From an uncultured delta proteobacterium (lineage in GTDB: Bacteria; Desulfobacterota; Binatia; Binatales; Binataceae): a stretch of DNA of 64,000 nucleotides. Position 1 is the first letter of the stretch; each line of letters begins with the position of its first letter. The notes below the pieces were generated by a model. It searched no databases, was not told where the DNA came from, and worked only from the letters and a program-made list of their open reading frames with translations. This document shows positions 33,948 through 44,304 of this stretch, piece by piece. The position numbers and the translations under genes were made by a program. The stretch covers positions 1,184,001-1,248,000 of the forward strand of contig CAVQEQ010000001.1 of NCBI GenBank assembly GCA_963711565.1, written 5' to 3'.

Positions 33948-35492
33948 CTACGCCGCCGTGGCGGGCGCGTCCGCTTTGTTTTCGGCCAGGAACGATTTTT
34001 CGTAGTCGTCGAGTCCGAGTTTGAGCTTTTTCGTCAGATCGTCTGAAATCTGCTTTTGATCCCGAATTTCGGCGAGCAGGTCGGAGTGACGCGAGTCGAA
34101 GTTGGCGTAGAGTCCGGCCTCGAACGGCCGAATCTGCTCGACCGAGAGCTTGTCGAAGTAGCCTTCTTTCGCGGCGAAAATAATCAGCACTTCTTTTTCG
34201 ACCGGCAGCGGACTGTACTGACCCTGCTTGAGCATCTCGGTCAGCCGCGCGCCGCGGGCGAGCAGGCGCAGCGACGACGCGTCGAGGTCGGAGCCGAACT
34301 GTGCGAAGGCCGCCATCTCGCGGTACTGCGCGAGGTCGAGCTTGAGCGAGCCCGCGACCTGCCGGATCGCCTTGATCGCGGCCGAGAAGCCGACGCGCGA
34401 AACCGACAGGCCGACGTTGACGGCGGGACGCACGTTCGAGTTGAAAAGATCCTTGTCGAGAAGTATTTGGCCGTCGGTGATCGAGATCACGTTGGTCGGG
34501 ATGTACGCCGCCACGTCGCCTTCCTGGGTCTCGATCACGGGCAGCGCGGTGAGCGAGCCGCCGCCCATCTCGTCGCTCATCTTGGCGGCGCGTTCGAGCA
34601 ATCGCGAATGTAGATAGAACACGTCGCCGGGGTAGGCCTCGCGGCCGGGCGGGCGGCGCAGCAGCAGCGACAACTGGCGATAGGCCTGCGCGTGCTTGCT
34701 GAGATCGTCGTACACGAGCAGCGCATGCTTGCCGCTGTCGCGAAAATATTCGCCCATCGTGCAGCCGGTGTAGGGCGCGATGTATTGCAGCGGGGCGGCT
34801 TCCGAAGCGGTCGCGGCGACGACGGTGGTAAACTCCATTGCGCCCGAGCTGGTGAGTTTCTCGACCACCTGCGCGACGGTCGAGCGCTTCTGCCCGATCG
34901 CCACGTAGAAGCAATGCATGTTGAGGCCCTTCTGATTGATGATCGTGTCGATGGCGATGGCGGTCTTGCCGGTCTGGCGATCGCCGATAATCAACTCGCG
35001 CTGTCCGCGTCCGATGACCAGCATCGTGTCGATCGCCTTGATGCCGGTCTGCAGCGGCTCCTTGACGGGCTGGCGGCGGATGATGCCGGGCGCCTTGATT
35101 TCGATGCGGCGTGTCTCGGTCGATTTGATAGGACCCTTGTCGTCGATCGGCTGACCGAGTGCGTTGACGACGCGGCCGAGCAGGCCTTCGCCGACGGGGA
35201 CTTCGGCGATTCTGCCGGTACGCTTGACCTCGTCGCCTTCCTGGATGGCCTGCGGGTCGCCGAACAGCACGGCGCCGACGTTGTCTTCTTCGAGGTTCAT
35301 CACGAGCCCGAAGATCTGATGCGGAAATTCGAGCAGCTCGCCGAAAGCGGCGTTCTGGAGGCCGTAGATGCGGGCGATACCGTCGCCGCATGAGAGGACG
35401 CGGCCGGTCTCGCGCACCGAGATGCTGCCCTCAAAACCCTTGATTTCGTTTTTGAGGATTTCGCTGATTTCTGATGGTCGGATTTCTGCCAT
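33948..35492 (-). CDS. atpA: ATP synthase alpha subunit
   Basis: [29 protein letters not shown]. Confidence 0.97.
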   Translation of the reverse strand: MAEIRPSEISEILKNEIKGFEGSISVRETGRVLSCGDGIARIYGLQNAAFGELLEFPHQIFGLVMNLEEDNVGAVLFGDPQAIQEGDEVKRTGRIAEVPVGEGLLGRVVNALGQPIDDKGPIKSTETRRIEIKAPGIIRRQPVKEPLQTGIKAIDTMLVIGRGQRELIIGDRQTGKTAIAIDTIINQKGLNMHCFYVAIGQKRSTVAQVVEKLTSSGAMEFTTVVAATASEAAPLQYIAPYTGCTMGEYFRDSGKHALLVYDDLSKHAQAYRQLSLLLRRPPGREAYPGDVFYLHSRLLERAAKMSDEMGGGSLTALPVIETQEGDVAAYIPTNVISITDGQILLDKDLFNSNVRPAVNVGLSVSRVGFSAAIKAIRQVAGSLKLDLAQYREMAAFAQFGSDLDASSLRLLARGARLTEMLKQGQYSPLPVEKEVLIIFAAKEGYFDKLSVEQIRPFEAGLYANFDSRHSDLLAEIRDQKQISDDLTKKLKLGLDDYEKSFLAENKADAPATAA

Positions 35493-35508
35493 ATGGATGT
35501 CGTTTGTT

Positions 35509-36048
35509 TTACGCCTGGCCCGCGAGCCGGCGCTTGGCCTCCGCGAGTCGAGTTGCAAGGCTGCCGTCGTAAATTTTGCCGCCCATTTCCGCAGTCACGC
35601 CGCCGAGCAGCGCGGCGTCGATTTTCACGGTCGGGATGATTTTCAATTTCGCGATGGTCTCGAGTCCGGCGACCACGCGCGCGACTTCCGTGTCGGACGG
35701 TTTGATCGCGAACGTAAGCGTCGCGCGTTCACGGCCCATCGCCTGATCGACCTGGTCGCGATACGACTCGGCGATCGCGCCGATCTCGCGGATGCGTCCG
35801 TGGCGCGCGATCACAACCGCAAACGAGCGCACCGGGAAGCTGAGATTCAGACGCTCGGCAATCTTCGCCATCGCCTCCTGCCGCGATTGATCGGACAGCT
35901 CGGGCGACGCGAGGCGCTCGATAAGCTCGGGTGCCTCGACCATCGCGGCCAGCCGTTCGAGCTCGGCGCCCCACTTTTCCTCGTTGCTCTTGTCGGCCAA
36001 ATCGAGCAGAGCACGCGCGTAGCGCTTGGCGACTCGCGAACCTTTCAT
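35509..36048 (-). CDS. atpH: ATP synthase delta subunit
   Basis: VAKRYARAL...LLGG...YDGSL. Confidence 0.9.
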   Translation of the reverse strand: MKGSRVAKRYARALLDLADKSNEEKWGAELERLAAMVEAPELIERLASPELSDQSRQEAMAKIAERLNLSFPVRSFAVVIARHGRIREIGAIAESYRDQVDQAMGRERATLTFAIKPSDTEVARVVAGLETIAKLKIIPTVKIDAALLGGVTAEMGGKIYDGSLATRLAEAKRRLAGQA

Positions 36049-36620
36049 GGGCGGTCACCGCTGCCGAGCTGGTCCATGAAGCCGTTGATCAGCCGGCCCT
36101 GGTCGCTCGGCTGAAAATTGCGTCCGATCAGATCGCTCGCCATCGAGGTCGCGGATTCGGCCAGTTGCGCGCGCACGCGCCGCTTCGCCGCCTCCGACAG
36201 CGCGGAACTGCTCATCTCGGTGTCGCGATGGATTCTTTCGGCGGTCGATTTTGCTAGATCGGCGACCTTGCCGACCTGGAATGCGGTCTCCTCTTCGAGC
36301 TCGTCCGCCAGCTTCTTCAACTCCGCCGCGAGCGCGGCCATCCGTGCCGCCGCCTTGTTGGCCAAATCCTCAGCCTCGGCAAACGCGCTCTGCGCGCGCG
36401 ACAGGGCGGTGCGAATCGTGACGGCGCGATCGGCAAAAAATTTCTTCAGCACGGGTCCCGCGAAATGAACCAACACCCACACGAACAGGGCGAAGTTGAT
36501 CGCGAAGAACATCAGCAGCAGCCATGAGCCGTGCTCCGCGGGCGCTTGTTCGGCGGCCAAGGCTGCGCGCGGAAAAAAAGCGGCAGCGAAAATCGCCGCC
36601 GATGTGATCCACTTCTTCAT
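36045..36620 (-). CDS. atpF: ATP synthase b subunit
   Basis: Leader plus TM helix (AINFALF) and Ala/Glu coiled coil; ATGA overlap with atpH. Confidence 0.85.
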   Translation of the reverse strand: MKKWITSAAIFAAAFFPRAALAAEQAPAEHGSWLLLMFFAINFALFVWVLVHFAGPVLKKFFADRAVTIRTALSRAQSAFAEAEDLANKAAARMAALAAELKKLADELEEETAFQVGKVADLAKSTAERIHRDTEMSSSALSEAAKRRVRAQLAESATSMASDLIGRNFQPSDQGRLINGFMDQLGSGDRP

Positions 36621-36641
36621 TTGATGTTGAATCGGTCGTGC

Positions 36642-37103
36642 CTAGTTGTTTTTGCCCGTCGTCGCACCGCCATTCAATGGCCGGCCCAACACGCGCTCGG
36701 CGAGCTCGCTCGCGAGGCTGTGTCCCATCTGATCGAGTTCGCGCTCTGCCGCCTTGAGCTCCGTTTCAATTTTGGCCCGCACCTGCTCGAGCGCCTCCCG
36801 CGCCTCGGCCTTGGCCCTTTCCATCATTTCGGCCGCTTCGGCCTCAGCCTTGCGCCGCTCGGTCTCGCGCCGCGCGATTGCGCCCTTGCGGACCTCGGCG
36901 AGCCGCGCTTCGCGTTCCTCTTCCGCCTCGCGCGCCTGCTTAATCAACAGCTCGGTACGATCGTTCAAGTCCTTGAACCTGCGCTCGCGCTCGGACAGCA
37001 GATTCAGGAACGGGCGAAAAAATAATCGGCTGAATATAAACCAGAAAATCAGGAATGAAACAATCAGGGTGAAGAACGTCCCCCAATTCGGCGGGATATG
37101 CAT
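36642..37103 (-). CDS. ATP synthase b' subunit
   Basis: N-terminal TM, FRPFL...ER coiled coil, RVLGR; upstream of atpF. Confidence 0.85.
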   Translation of the reverse strand: MHIPPNWGTFFTLIVSFLIFWFIFSRLFFRPFLNLLSERERRFKDLNDRTELLIKQAREAEEEREARLAEVRKGAIARRETERRKAEAEAAEMMERAKAEAREALEQVRAKIETELKAAERELDQMGHSLASELAERVLGRPLNGGATTGKNN

Positions 37104-37197
37104 ATTACGGCATCTCCCCTGCGGGGACTTTCAAGGTTCTCTGCATCATAGGAAATCCGAGAAACGCGGGTGATCTGAGCTGAGCGGCCCGGGCAAT

Positions 37198-37749
37198 TCA
37201 GGCCTGCTTTTGCCCTCCGACGGCGGCTTGCGCCACGCGCTCCTCCTTGGGGAATACGGTGATTTTGCGGTCTTCGCGGATGCCCTCGGGCTGCATCGAG
37301 CAATGTCCCTCGAACAGCGCACCTTCCTGCACCGACAGGACGGGTGCCGTGATATTTCCGCTGACCTTCGCCGACGGGCGGATTTCGATTCGCTGGGTCG
37401 CGGAGATATCGCCGCTGACCTTGCCGGCGACCGATACGGACGCGGCGCGGATATGCGCGGTGATCACGGCGGACTCGCCAATCGTCAGGCTGTCCTTGGC
37501 GTTGATCTCGCCGTCAACCTCGCCGTCGATGCGCGCGGGACCCTCGAACGAAATCTTGCCGGAGATTTTCGAGCCGCGATCGAGATATGCGCGTCCCTCG
37601 GCCGGGGCAGGCCCGTTGGCTCGTGGAGCCGACGCGGATGTCGTCGAGGATGGCGATGATGCGGGCGCTGGCGAGGTTGCCGAAGCTAGCGGGGACGTGG
37701 TCGGTTGAATTTTCGGATTCTTTTCAGGCTCTTTATTAAACAGCGCCAT
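37198..37749 (-). CDS. Bactofilin (polymer-forming cytoskeletal protein)
   Basis: ISGKISFEG..RIDG..GDI..GNI..EGALFEGHCSM beta-helix repeats. Confidence 0.9.
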   Translation of the reverse strand: MALFNKEPEKNPKIQPTTSPLASATSPAPASSPSSTTSASAPRANGPAPAEGRAYLDRGSKISGKISFEGPARIDGEVDGEINAKDSLTIGESAVITAHIRAASVSVAGKVSGDISATQRIEIRPSAKVSGNITAPVLSVQEGALFEGHCSMQPEGIREDRKITVFPKEERVAQAAVGGQKQA

Positions 37750-37939
37750 CGCAAAAACACTCCTCGGCGCAATCGGGCAGTACCCCGCGCCACATTCCAG
37801 ATTCGAGCTTAGGCTTGGCTATTAACCTATGCAAATGTAGGTGTCAAATTCATCGCTGCTGTTTGTCGCACAGGCGGTTGCCTCAAGTGAGCGATCGTCT
37901 AATCTGAATCGATACCGTCACTACTAAGGAGTACCGCCG

Positions 37940-38344
37940 ATGGCATCGAGCACGATCCCCGAGAAATTTCTCGACCTCCTCACGACCAAGAAACCGCTGG
38001 CGAATATCGCGACCATAATGCCCGATGGATCGCCGCAAGTGACGCCCGTCTGGTTCGACTACACCAACGGCAAAATCCGCATCAACACGGCGCGCGGACG
38101 GGTGAAGGCAAAGAATATGAAAGTCGGCTCGAAGGTCGCGCTGGCAATCGTGGACCCCGATAATGCTTACCGCTACATCGGAATCCGCGGACCCGTCATC
38201 AGCGAAGACGAGAAGGACGCCGACGCGCATATCGACAGCCTGGCAAAGAAGTACCTGAATCAGGACAAGTATCCGTTCCGCACAGCGGGTGAGAAGCGGG
38301 TGACGTATGTAATCGAGCCGGCATCCGTGCACGTCATGGGCTAA
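37940..38344 (+). CDS. PPOX-class F420-dependent oxidoreductase
   Basis: ATIMPDGSPQVTPVW, GRVKAKN, DPDNAYRY, LAKKY. Confidence 0.88.
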   Translation: MASSTIPEKFLDLLTTKKPLANIATIMPDGSPQVTPVWFDYTNGKIRINTARGRVKAKNMKVGSKVALAIVDPDNAYRYIGIRGPVISEDEKDADAHIDSLAKKYLNQDKYPFRTAGEKRVTYVIEPASVHVMG

Positions 38345-38362
38345 TCCGGAGCGGGCGGCATC

Positions 38363-40183
38363 TCAAATGCTGGCTTGGGTGTTGTAGAGCCGGGCATAGG
38401 CGCCGCCCGACGAGACCAGCACGGAATGCGTGCCTTCTTCGGCGATCCCGTCCTCCGTCAGTACGACGATTCTGCTCGCGTCCCTGACGGTCGAGAGCCG
38501 GTGCGCGATGACCAGCGTCGTGCGGTTGCGTGCGAGCCGGTGGAGAGACTCCTGCACCGCTCGTTCGCTTTCATTGTCGAGCGCGCTGGTCGCCTCGTCG
38601 AAAATAAGGATGGGCGGGCTTTTCAGAAAGACGCGGGCGATGCTGAGCCGCTGTTTCTGCCCGCCTGACAGCTTAACGCCGCGTTCGCCGATTTCCGAGT
38701 CGTAGCCGTGCGGCAACGCCATGATGAAATCGTGCGCATGGGCCTGCTTCGCCGCTTCGATGATTTCGTCGAGGCCCGCGCCGGCTTTGCCATAGCGGAG
38801 ATTCTCCGCGACCGTGCCCGCAAACAGATAAACGTCCTGCTGCACGATGCCGACATTTTGCCGGATGGAATGCGGCCGGAGATCTCTGACGTTCCTGCCA
38901 TCGATAAGGACGTCGCCGGCGGTCGCGTCGTAGAAACGCGGGATTAGCGAACAGAGTGTGGTCTTGCCGACGCCCGAGGCGCCGACCAGCGCAACGAACT
39001 CGCCCGCTCTTATCTGGAGAGATACGTGCTTCAGCACGAAGGGCGAATCGTCGCTGTAGCGGAAGCTCACGTCGCGCAGCGCGATATCTCCCCGCACATG
39101 GATCAGCTCCGCGGCGCCAGCCTGATCCGGCAATTCCGGCTCCATCTGCAGCATCTCGAAGAACCGATCGAAGCCGGTGCTCCCCTCCTGGTAGAGGCGC
39201 GCGAAATTCACCAGCCGGCGGATCGGATCGACGAGCACGGCGACGCACATCAGAAATGTAAGCAGGTCGGCGAGATCGAGCGCCGACCGCGCGATGCCCG
39301 CCGCGCCGAAAACGATCACGGCAATCGTGATGAGCTGCGTAAAGGCGGCCATCCCGCCCGAGAACCACGCCTCGCTGCGATAGCCTTCGCTCCGGCTCGC
39401 AAGAAAGCGATTGTTCTCGTGGTCGAACCGCGCAGTCTCAAACGCCTCGTTGGTGAAGGACTTAACCACGCGTATCCCCGCCAGCGAATCTTCGACGCGC
39501 GCGTTGATGTCACCGATGCGGTCTTTGCTCAATCTGAGCGCCGCAATCATGCGCCGGCTGAAATGTAGCGCGAAGAGAAACATCGCAGGCAGGAAGCCGA
39601 GCACGATCAACGTAAGGGTGCGGTCGATATGCGCGAGGATGACCATCACTCCGATAAGCTCTAGCGCCGAAATGGCCAGGTCTTCCGGTCCGTGATGATA
39701 GAGCTCGGCGAGCGAGAAGAGATCGTTGGTGATCCGCGCCATCAGCTGGCCGGTGCGCTGCCGGTCGTAAAAGCTGAACGAGAGTTTCTGGTAATACTCG
39801 AACAGCTCGCGGCGCATGTCGCGTTCCATCTTCGCGCCCATCACATGTCCCTGGTAATCGACGAACAAGGTGCACAAGGTCTGCAGCGCGACCAGCGCGA
39901 GCATCAAAACGCCCAACGAATAAATCCTGTGGAGGGCGCGGGGCGCACCCTCGGTCGCCAGCAGGTTCTTGGCGATGAAGTTCGCACAGACCGGCAGCAG
40001 GAGCGCCGCCGCCGATATTACGATCGCACACAGAAGGTCTGCGAGAAGCAGCCAGCGATACGGCTTATAGTAGGAGAGGAACTTTATTGCTCGTGGACTC
40101 GCGAATCTCGTCGCGGCCCGTTCGAGCAGCTTTGTCTTACCGGCGCATTCGCGCCTCTGAGTAACCGAATTTAGCGTTCGCAT
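38363..40183 (-). CDS. ABC transporter permease/ATP-binding protein (MsbA-like)
   Basis: TM domain; GASGVGKT, LSGGQKQR, DEATSALD, IAHRLST. Confidence 0.92.
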   Translation of the reverse strand: MRTLNSVTQRRECAGKTKLLERAATRFASPRAIKFLSYYKPYRWLLLADLLCAIVISAAALLLPVCANFIAKNLLATEGAPRALHRIYSLGVLMLALVALQTLCTLFVDYQGHVMGAKMERDMRRELFEYYQKLSFSFYDRQRTGQLMARITNDLFSLAELYHHGPEDLAISALELIGVMVILAHIDRTLTLIVLGFLPAMFLFALHFSRRMIAALRLSKDRIGDINARVEDSLAGIRVVKSFTNEAFETARFDHENNRFLASRSEGYRSEAWFSGGMAAFTQLITIAVIVFGAAGIARSALDLADLLTFLMCVAVLVDPIRRLVNFARLYQEGSTGFDRFFEMLQMEPELPDQAGAAELIHVRGDIALRDVSFRYSDDSPFVLKHVSLQIRAGEFVALVGASGVGKTTLCSLIPRFYDATAGDVLIDGRNVRDLRPHSIRQNVGIVQQDVYLFAGTVAENLRYGKAGAGLDEIIEAAKQAHAHDFIMALPHGYDSEIGERGVKLSGGQKQRLSIARVFLKSPPILIFDEATSALDNESERAVQESLHRLARNRTTLVIAHRLSTVRDASRIVVLTEDGIAEEGTHSVLVSSGGAYARLYNTQASI

Positions 40184-40336
40184 GAAACTCCATGTCCTTC
40201 TGATGGGTGAATACCGCTCTCTGAATGGACATGGACGTTGTCATTTCGCTCTCCCTGCGTTCGGTGGCTTGGTCGGAAAGTACGATACACACTGGCGCGC
40301 GCGCAGCACAAGGTCCGCTTCGTGAGTTGACCGGGT

Positions 40337-40365
40337 TTGACTGGAGTTATATCGTACGATATACC
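40337..40365 (+). promoter_or_regulatory. Promoter with perfect 16-bp palindrome, probable PadR operator
   Basis: TTGACT-N17-TATACC overlapping TATATCGTACGATATA (40348-40363). Confidence 0.7.
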
Positions 40366-40413
40366 TTTCAGTATACATTGCGTCGTTACAAAAGATCGCT
40401 CGGAGGATCACTC

Positions 40414-40962
40414 ATGATGGTTTGCGGAACCCGACGATGGCATAGACGCGGCCACGGCCACGATATTGGATTCGGCATGATGGGCATGCGGGCGCGATTC
40501 TTCGGCCCTGGCGAAGTACGGCTCGCGCTGCTGTCGCTAATCGCCGACGGTCCCAAGCACGGCTATGAACTGATGCGCCAACTCGAGGAACGCTCGGGCG
40601 GAATCTACAGCGCCAGCGCCGGCACCGTTTATCCGACGCTCCAGCAACTCGAAGATGAGGGCCTGATTTCTTCGGACTCGAAAGAAGGCAAGCGCGTTTA
40701 CGCGATCACCGACGCGGGCGCCGCCGAACTCAAGCGCGAGGACGAGACCGTCCGGCGAATCTGGTGGCGGGCGCGGCGATGGGCCGGATGGCGCCATGCG
40801 AACGACCCCGACGCGGCCGAGGTTCGCGGGCCGGCGGAGCGCCTGGTCAAGGCCGCATTTCGGGCAGTGGCAGGCGAGTCTGCGTCGCAAGAGCGAATCG
40901 ATAAGGTGCGCGAAATCCTCGAGCGTGCGATGCGCGATCTCGACGGCATGCGGCAGGGGTGA
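40414..40962 (+). CDS. PadR-family regulator
   Basis: GGAGG RBS; PKHGYELM, SAGTVYPTLQQLEDEG, KRVYAITDAG. Confidence 0.92.
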   Translation: MMVCGTRRWHRRGHGHDIGFGMMGMRARFFGPGEVRLALLSLIADGPKHGYELMRQLEERSGGIYSASAGTVYPTLQQLEDEGLISSDSKEGKRVYAITDAGAAELKREDETVRRIWWRARRWAGWRHANDPDAAEVRGPAERLVKAAFRAVAGESASQERIDKVREILERAMRDLDGMRQG

Positions 40963-41034
40963 CCTCCTTTGGCTTCGCTCAGGACAAGCTCTGCACCCAG
41001 TGTTAAGAGATAAGTGGCGGGGTTGTGCGCGTCG

Positions 41035-41232
41035 TCAGCGTGCTAGCGGGGGCGAGGTTTCGATCGTCTCGCCGCAGGTCGAGCCGCAATCGGGGCATAC
41101 GTAGAGATATTTGTCCCCTTGCGGCAGGACGAGCAGCAGGCGCTTGCGCACCTTCACCGCGCGCTTGCACTGCGGACACGCCAGCAAGGTGGCTTCCATC
41201 CGCTCGAACGATGGTCTGCGATTCTGTTGCAT
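41035..41232 (-). CDS. Small zinc-ribbon protein
   Basis: CPQC...RKRLLLVLP.GDKY.YVCPDCG. Confidence 0.75.
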   Translation of the reverse strand: MQQNRRPSFERMEATLLACPQCKRAVKVRKRLLLVLPQGDKYLYVCPDCGSTCGETIETSPPLAR

Positions 41233-41250
41233 CGGACTCGTGGGTTAGAT

Positions 41251-41625
41251 CTATTCCGTCTTACGAGTTCCTGCGGGAAAAAACTCTGAAATTATCTCGA
41301 TCGTTCCCACGATGTTCTCGTTGAATTCGGAGAGCTGCGAGGCGGGAATCCAATACTCGAGGTGTCCGGAGCCACCGGCGGTCTGTACCTGATAGCGGTC
41401 CATAAAAGACTGCAGAACTGCGAAGCGGGTTACATAACCGGCGCCTGAGGCCTTTACGTTCCAATCGCGCGCTATCTTGGTTGCGTAGGCCTCGCTGATC
41501 ACCGGATAAAATATCGGCTGTTGAGGCAACCGAGGCGGGAAGCGACGAAATCCACTTTTCCGAATGAGCCCAAGTTCCTCGGGACCAACGGGGCGGTAGA
41601 GGGTTATGGTGTCATCTGCATTCAT
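41251..41625 (-). CDS. Conserved small protein (often labelled ADP-ribosylation/crystallin J1-like)
   Basis: LYRPVGPEEL...FPPRLPQQPIFYPV...IARDWN...EYWIPA; lower GC than neighbours. Confidence 0.75.
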   Translation of the reverse strand: MNADDTITLYRPVGPEELGLIRKSGFRRFPPRLPQQPIFYPVISEAYATKIARDWNVKASGAGYVTRFAVLQSFMDRYQVQTAGGSGHLEYWIPASQLSEFNENIVGTIEIISEFFPAGTRKTE

Positions 41626-41723
41626 TGAAGAGACCCTTTCGGGAATTTAAGGCTCACGACGATTCTCGGCAAGGTGCGCGTTGTATCGACGCGCCGGTGT
41701 AGCCTAAGATTTCTTTTCGTCTT

Positions 41724-43067
41724 ATGAATGATCGCGTTGCAAATCCGGCGCATCCGCGGGTTTATCTCGAGACCTACGGATGCCAGATGAATGTCGCCGA
41801 TTCGCAAACGGTCAGCGCCGTTCTGCGTCGCGCGGGTTACGTCAATGCCGACGGCGTCGAAGATGCCGACGTCGTGCTGCTCAACACCTGCGCTATTCGC
41901 GAGCATGCCGAAGAGAAGGTGTTGCACCGATTGCGCGAGCTGGCACGGCTCAAGAATTCGCGGCCGGAGGTCAAGCTCGGGCTGCTTGGATGCATGGCGC
42001 AGCACAATCGTGTCGCGATCATGGAGAAGGCCGCGTTCCTCGACGTGGTCGCGGGGCCTGACAGTTATCGGCGGCTGCCCGAGATGATCGGCAGCGCGGG
42101 CTTCGACGCCTCTATAGATGTCCGGCTCGATCGCGCCGAGACTTACGCCGATATCACGCCCGACTACGGCGGCGGCGTGCGCGCGTATGTGACCGCGATG
42201 CGGGGATGCGACAAGTTCTGCGCCTTCTGCGTGGTACCGTTTACGCGCGGTCGCGAGCGCTCGATTCCTCCCGCCGATCTGATGCGCGAGATTGGCGAAC
42301 TTGCGGCGCGCGGCGTGAAGGAAGTCGTGCTACTCGGGCAGACCGTCAACGCGTATCGTTTCGGCGATACGGACTTTGGCGCGCTGCTGAGGATGATCGC
42401 GTCGATTGGCGGGATCGAGCGGATTCGCTTCACGTCGCCGCATCCGAGCGATGTCAGCGAGTCACTTATCGAGGCGATGGCGACAGAATCGAAGGTCATG
42501 CCGCAACTGCATCTGCCGATCCAGTCGGGCTCGGACAGAATTCTCGCCGCGATGGAACGCGGCTACACGGTTGCGGAATATCTCGAACTGGTTGCGCGCG
42601 TGCGTGCGGCAATTCCCGGAGTCGCGCTCTCGACGGATATCATCGTCGGCTTTCACGGCGAGGAAGAATCGGACTTCGAGGCGACGACGGCGATCATGCG
42701 CGAAGTCGGCTACGACTCCGCCTTCATGTTCAAGTATTCAGTGCGCGAGCATACGCGCGCTTTCCGGCTCGGCGACTCTGTCAGCGAAGAAGAGAAGGGG
42801 CGGCGGCTGACGGCGCTGATCGCACTACAGGAAGGGATGTCGCTCGCGCGCAATCGCGCGATGATCGGGCGTGAGTTCCCAGTGCTGGTCGAAGGACCGG
42901 CTCGGCGCGGCGGCGGCATGATTGCGGGCAAAACGCCGCAATTTAAAACCGCAATCTTCGCGGGCAACGCCGCAACCCCGGCAGGTGACACCGTCAACGT
43001 GTGCGTCGATTCCGCGACCGGGCACTCGCTGATGTGCTCGATAGCGTGTCGATTCCCGGCAACCTAA
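41724..43067 (+). CDS. miaB: tRNA-2-methylthio-N6-isopentenyladenosine synthase
   Basis: TYGCQMN, NTCAIRE, GCMAQ, GCDKFCAFCVVPFTRGRERS; TRAM domain. Confidence 0.95.
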   Translation: MNDRVANPAHPRVYLETYGCQMNVADSQTVSAVLRRAGYVNADGVEDADVVLLNTCAIREHAEEKVLHRLRELARLKNSRPEVKLGLLGCMAQHNRVAIMEKAAFLDVVAGPDSYRRLPEMIGSAGFDASIDVRLDRAETYADITPDYGGGVRAYVTAMRGCDKFCAFCVVPFTRGRERSIPPADLMREIGELAARGVKEVVLLGQTVNAYRFGDTDFGALLRMIASIGGIERIRFTSPHPSDVSESLIEAMATESKVMPQLHLPIQSGSDRILAAMERGYTVAEYLELVARVRAAIPGVALSTDIIVGFHGEEESDFEATTAIMREVGYDSAFMFKYSVREHTRAFRLGDSVSEEEKGRRLTALIALQEGMSLARNRAMIGREFPVLVEGPARRGGGMIAGKTPQFKTAIFAGNAATPAGDTVNVCVDSATGHSLMCSIACRFPAT

Positions 43068-43172
43068 CCCCTAACCCCTTCCCGCGCGGGAAGGGGAACC
43101 GGAAATAAAGGACATTGGGTGCAGGGGTCACCCCTGCCGAAGGAAGCGTGAAACCCATAGCGGGTTTCACAT
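43061..43172. repeat. Composite repeat: TAACCCC hairpin plus GGGTGCAGGGGTCACCCCTG family
   Basis: First half matches 32827 and 58877; second half matches 50351, 51954 and 55197. Confidence 0.85.
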
Positions 43173-43200
43173 TTGATTCGTTCTTTGCCTCACCGCGCGC

Positions 43201-44304
43201 TCAGCGCACGTAGATCGGATTCGACATGATCCAGAGCTTGCCGCTGCGGTAGGCTTCGATTCGGTACGCGCCCGGCGACTTCGGCGCGAACTCGAACGTC
43301 GAGGTGTTGTCGGCCGACGTTACTTCGGCGCCGTCCTGGTATATCGCGATTCGATCCGCCGGCGCAGGCAGCTCAGTCTTGAGGGTCAGTCCGGGCGCGA
43401 GATGGATTTCGTCGCCCATCATCGCGATCGCGTCGCCGACGTGCGCGAAGAACGCGAACGCGCCGACGTAGCCGAGATAGTCGAAGCTCGTGTACGAATG
43501 CCCGAGCCGGAGCGCCTCGAGGATCGGCGCCGTGTCGCGCTCGCGCGCAATCAGATGCGTCGTACAGAACAGAAAGAGTTGCGGCAGCGTGCCGACCTTC
43601 GCGCCGAGCACGTTCAGGTTGTCGGGCGCGCCCGTTCCGGCGAGCATCGCAACTCGCGCGCCGGTCGTCATCCGGTCGTAGAGCGCGAGGTTCGCGTCGG
43701 GGCGGACGTCGAGGCCGGTCAGGAAATGATCGGTGCCGGAAAAAATCGCGCGGAGGTAGAGCGTCGTCGGACTTTGCGCGAGCCACGCCGCGCTCTGGCT
43801 GTACACTTCCATCGCGTCCGCCAGCGCGTAGTCTTCCGACGATTCGAACTTGGCGGGGTCGGCCGCGATCGCAAGCCCGCCTTGGTCGTGAATCGCCTCG
43901 ATCAAATCGTTAGGCGTCAGGTTGGGCTTGATCGGCTCGTGGAGGTTCGCGCCGATTATCCGGCTGCCGCCGACATCGAACGCGCCGCCCGAAATAAAGA
44001 GTATGTCGTCAGTGAAGCCGGCGATGCCGAAGTCGGTGTCACCGGGCTGGACGCGATCGGCGAGAAAAATGAAATCGATTTGCGAGGTCTTGGCCAGGTC
44101 CGCGATCGCCGTTTGATCCATCCCCGACGTTTTGATCGGCAGGTTGACGATCCCGCGATAATCGTGAAAGTCTGGAAACTCCGGCGCCGACTGGATATAG
44201 CGCGCGGGCGGAAGTTCGGTGCTGGGCAGCGGCGAGCTGCATGCTGTGAGAGCTAACACCGCAATGATTGAAAGGTGAAGCTGAAAAAAGCGGAGACGCA
44301 GCAT
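43201..44304 (-). CDS. Lipoprotein with degenerate PHP/metallohydrolase-like fold
   Basis: LTAC lipobox; DFIFLAD, GGLAIAADP, MEVY, ALRLGHSY, GAYRIE, SNPIYV framework. Confidence 0.65.
   Translation of the reverse strand: MLRLRFFQLHLSIIAVLALTACSSPLPSTELPPARYIQSAPEFPDFHDYRGIVNLPIKTSGMDQTAIADLAKTSQIDFIFLADRVQPGDTDFGIAGFTDDILFISGGAFDVGGSRIIGANLHEPIKPNLTPNDLIEAIHDQGGLAIAADPAKFESSEDYALADAMEVYSQSAAWLAQSPTTLYLRAIFSGTDHFLTGLDVRPDANLALYDRMTTGARVAMLAGTGAPDNLNVLGAKVGTLPQLFLFCTTHLIARERDTAPILEALRLGHSYTSFDYLGYVGAFAFFAHVGDAIAMMGDEIHLAPGLTLKTELPAPADRIAIYQDGAEVTSADNTSTFEFAPKSPGAYRIEAYRSGKLWIMSNPIYVR

Noticed and set aside
36045-37749. Missing atpB/atpE and bactofilin next to the atp operon
   Set aside because: Split atp operon with an upstream bactofilin is a known arrangement in Deltaproteobacteria-like lineages
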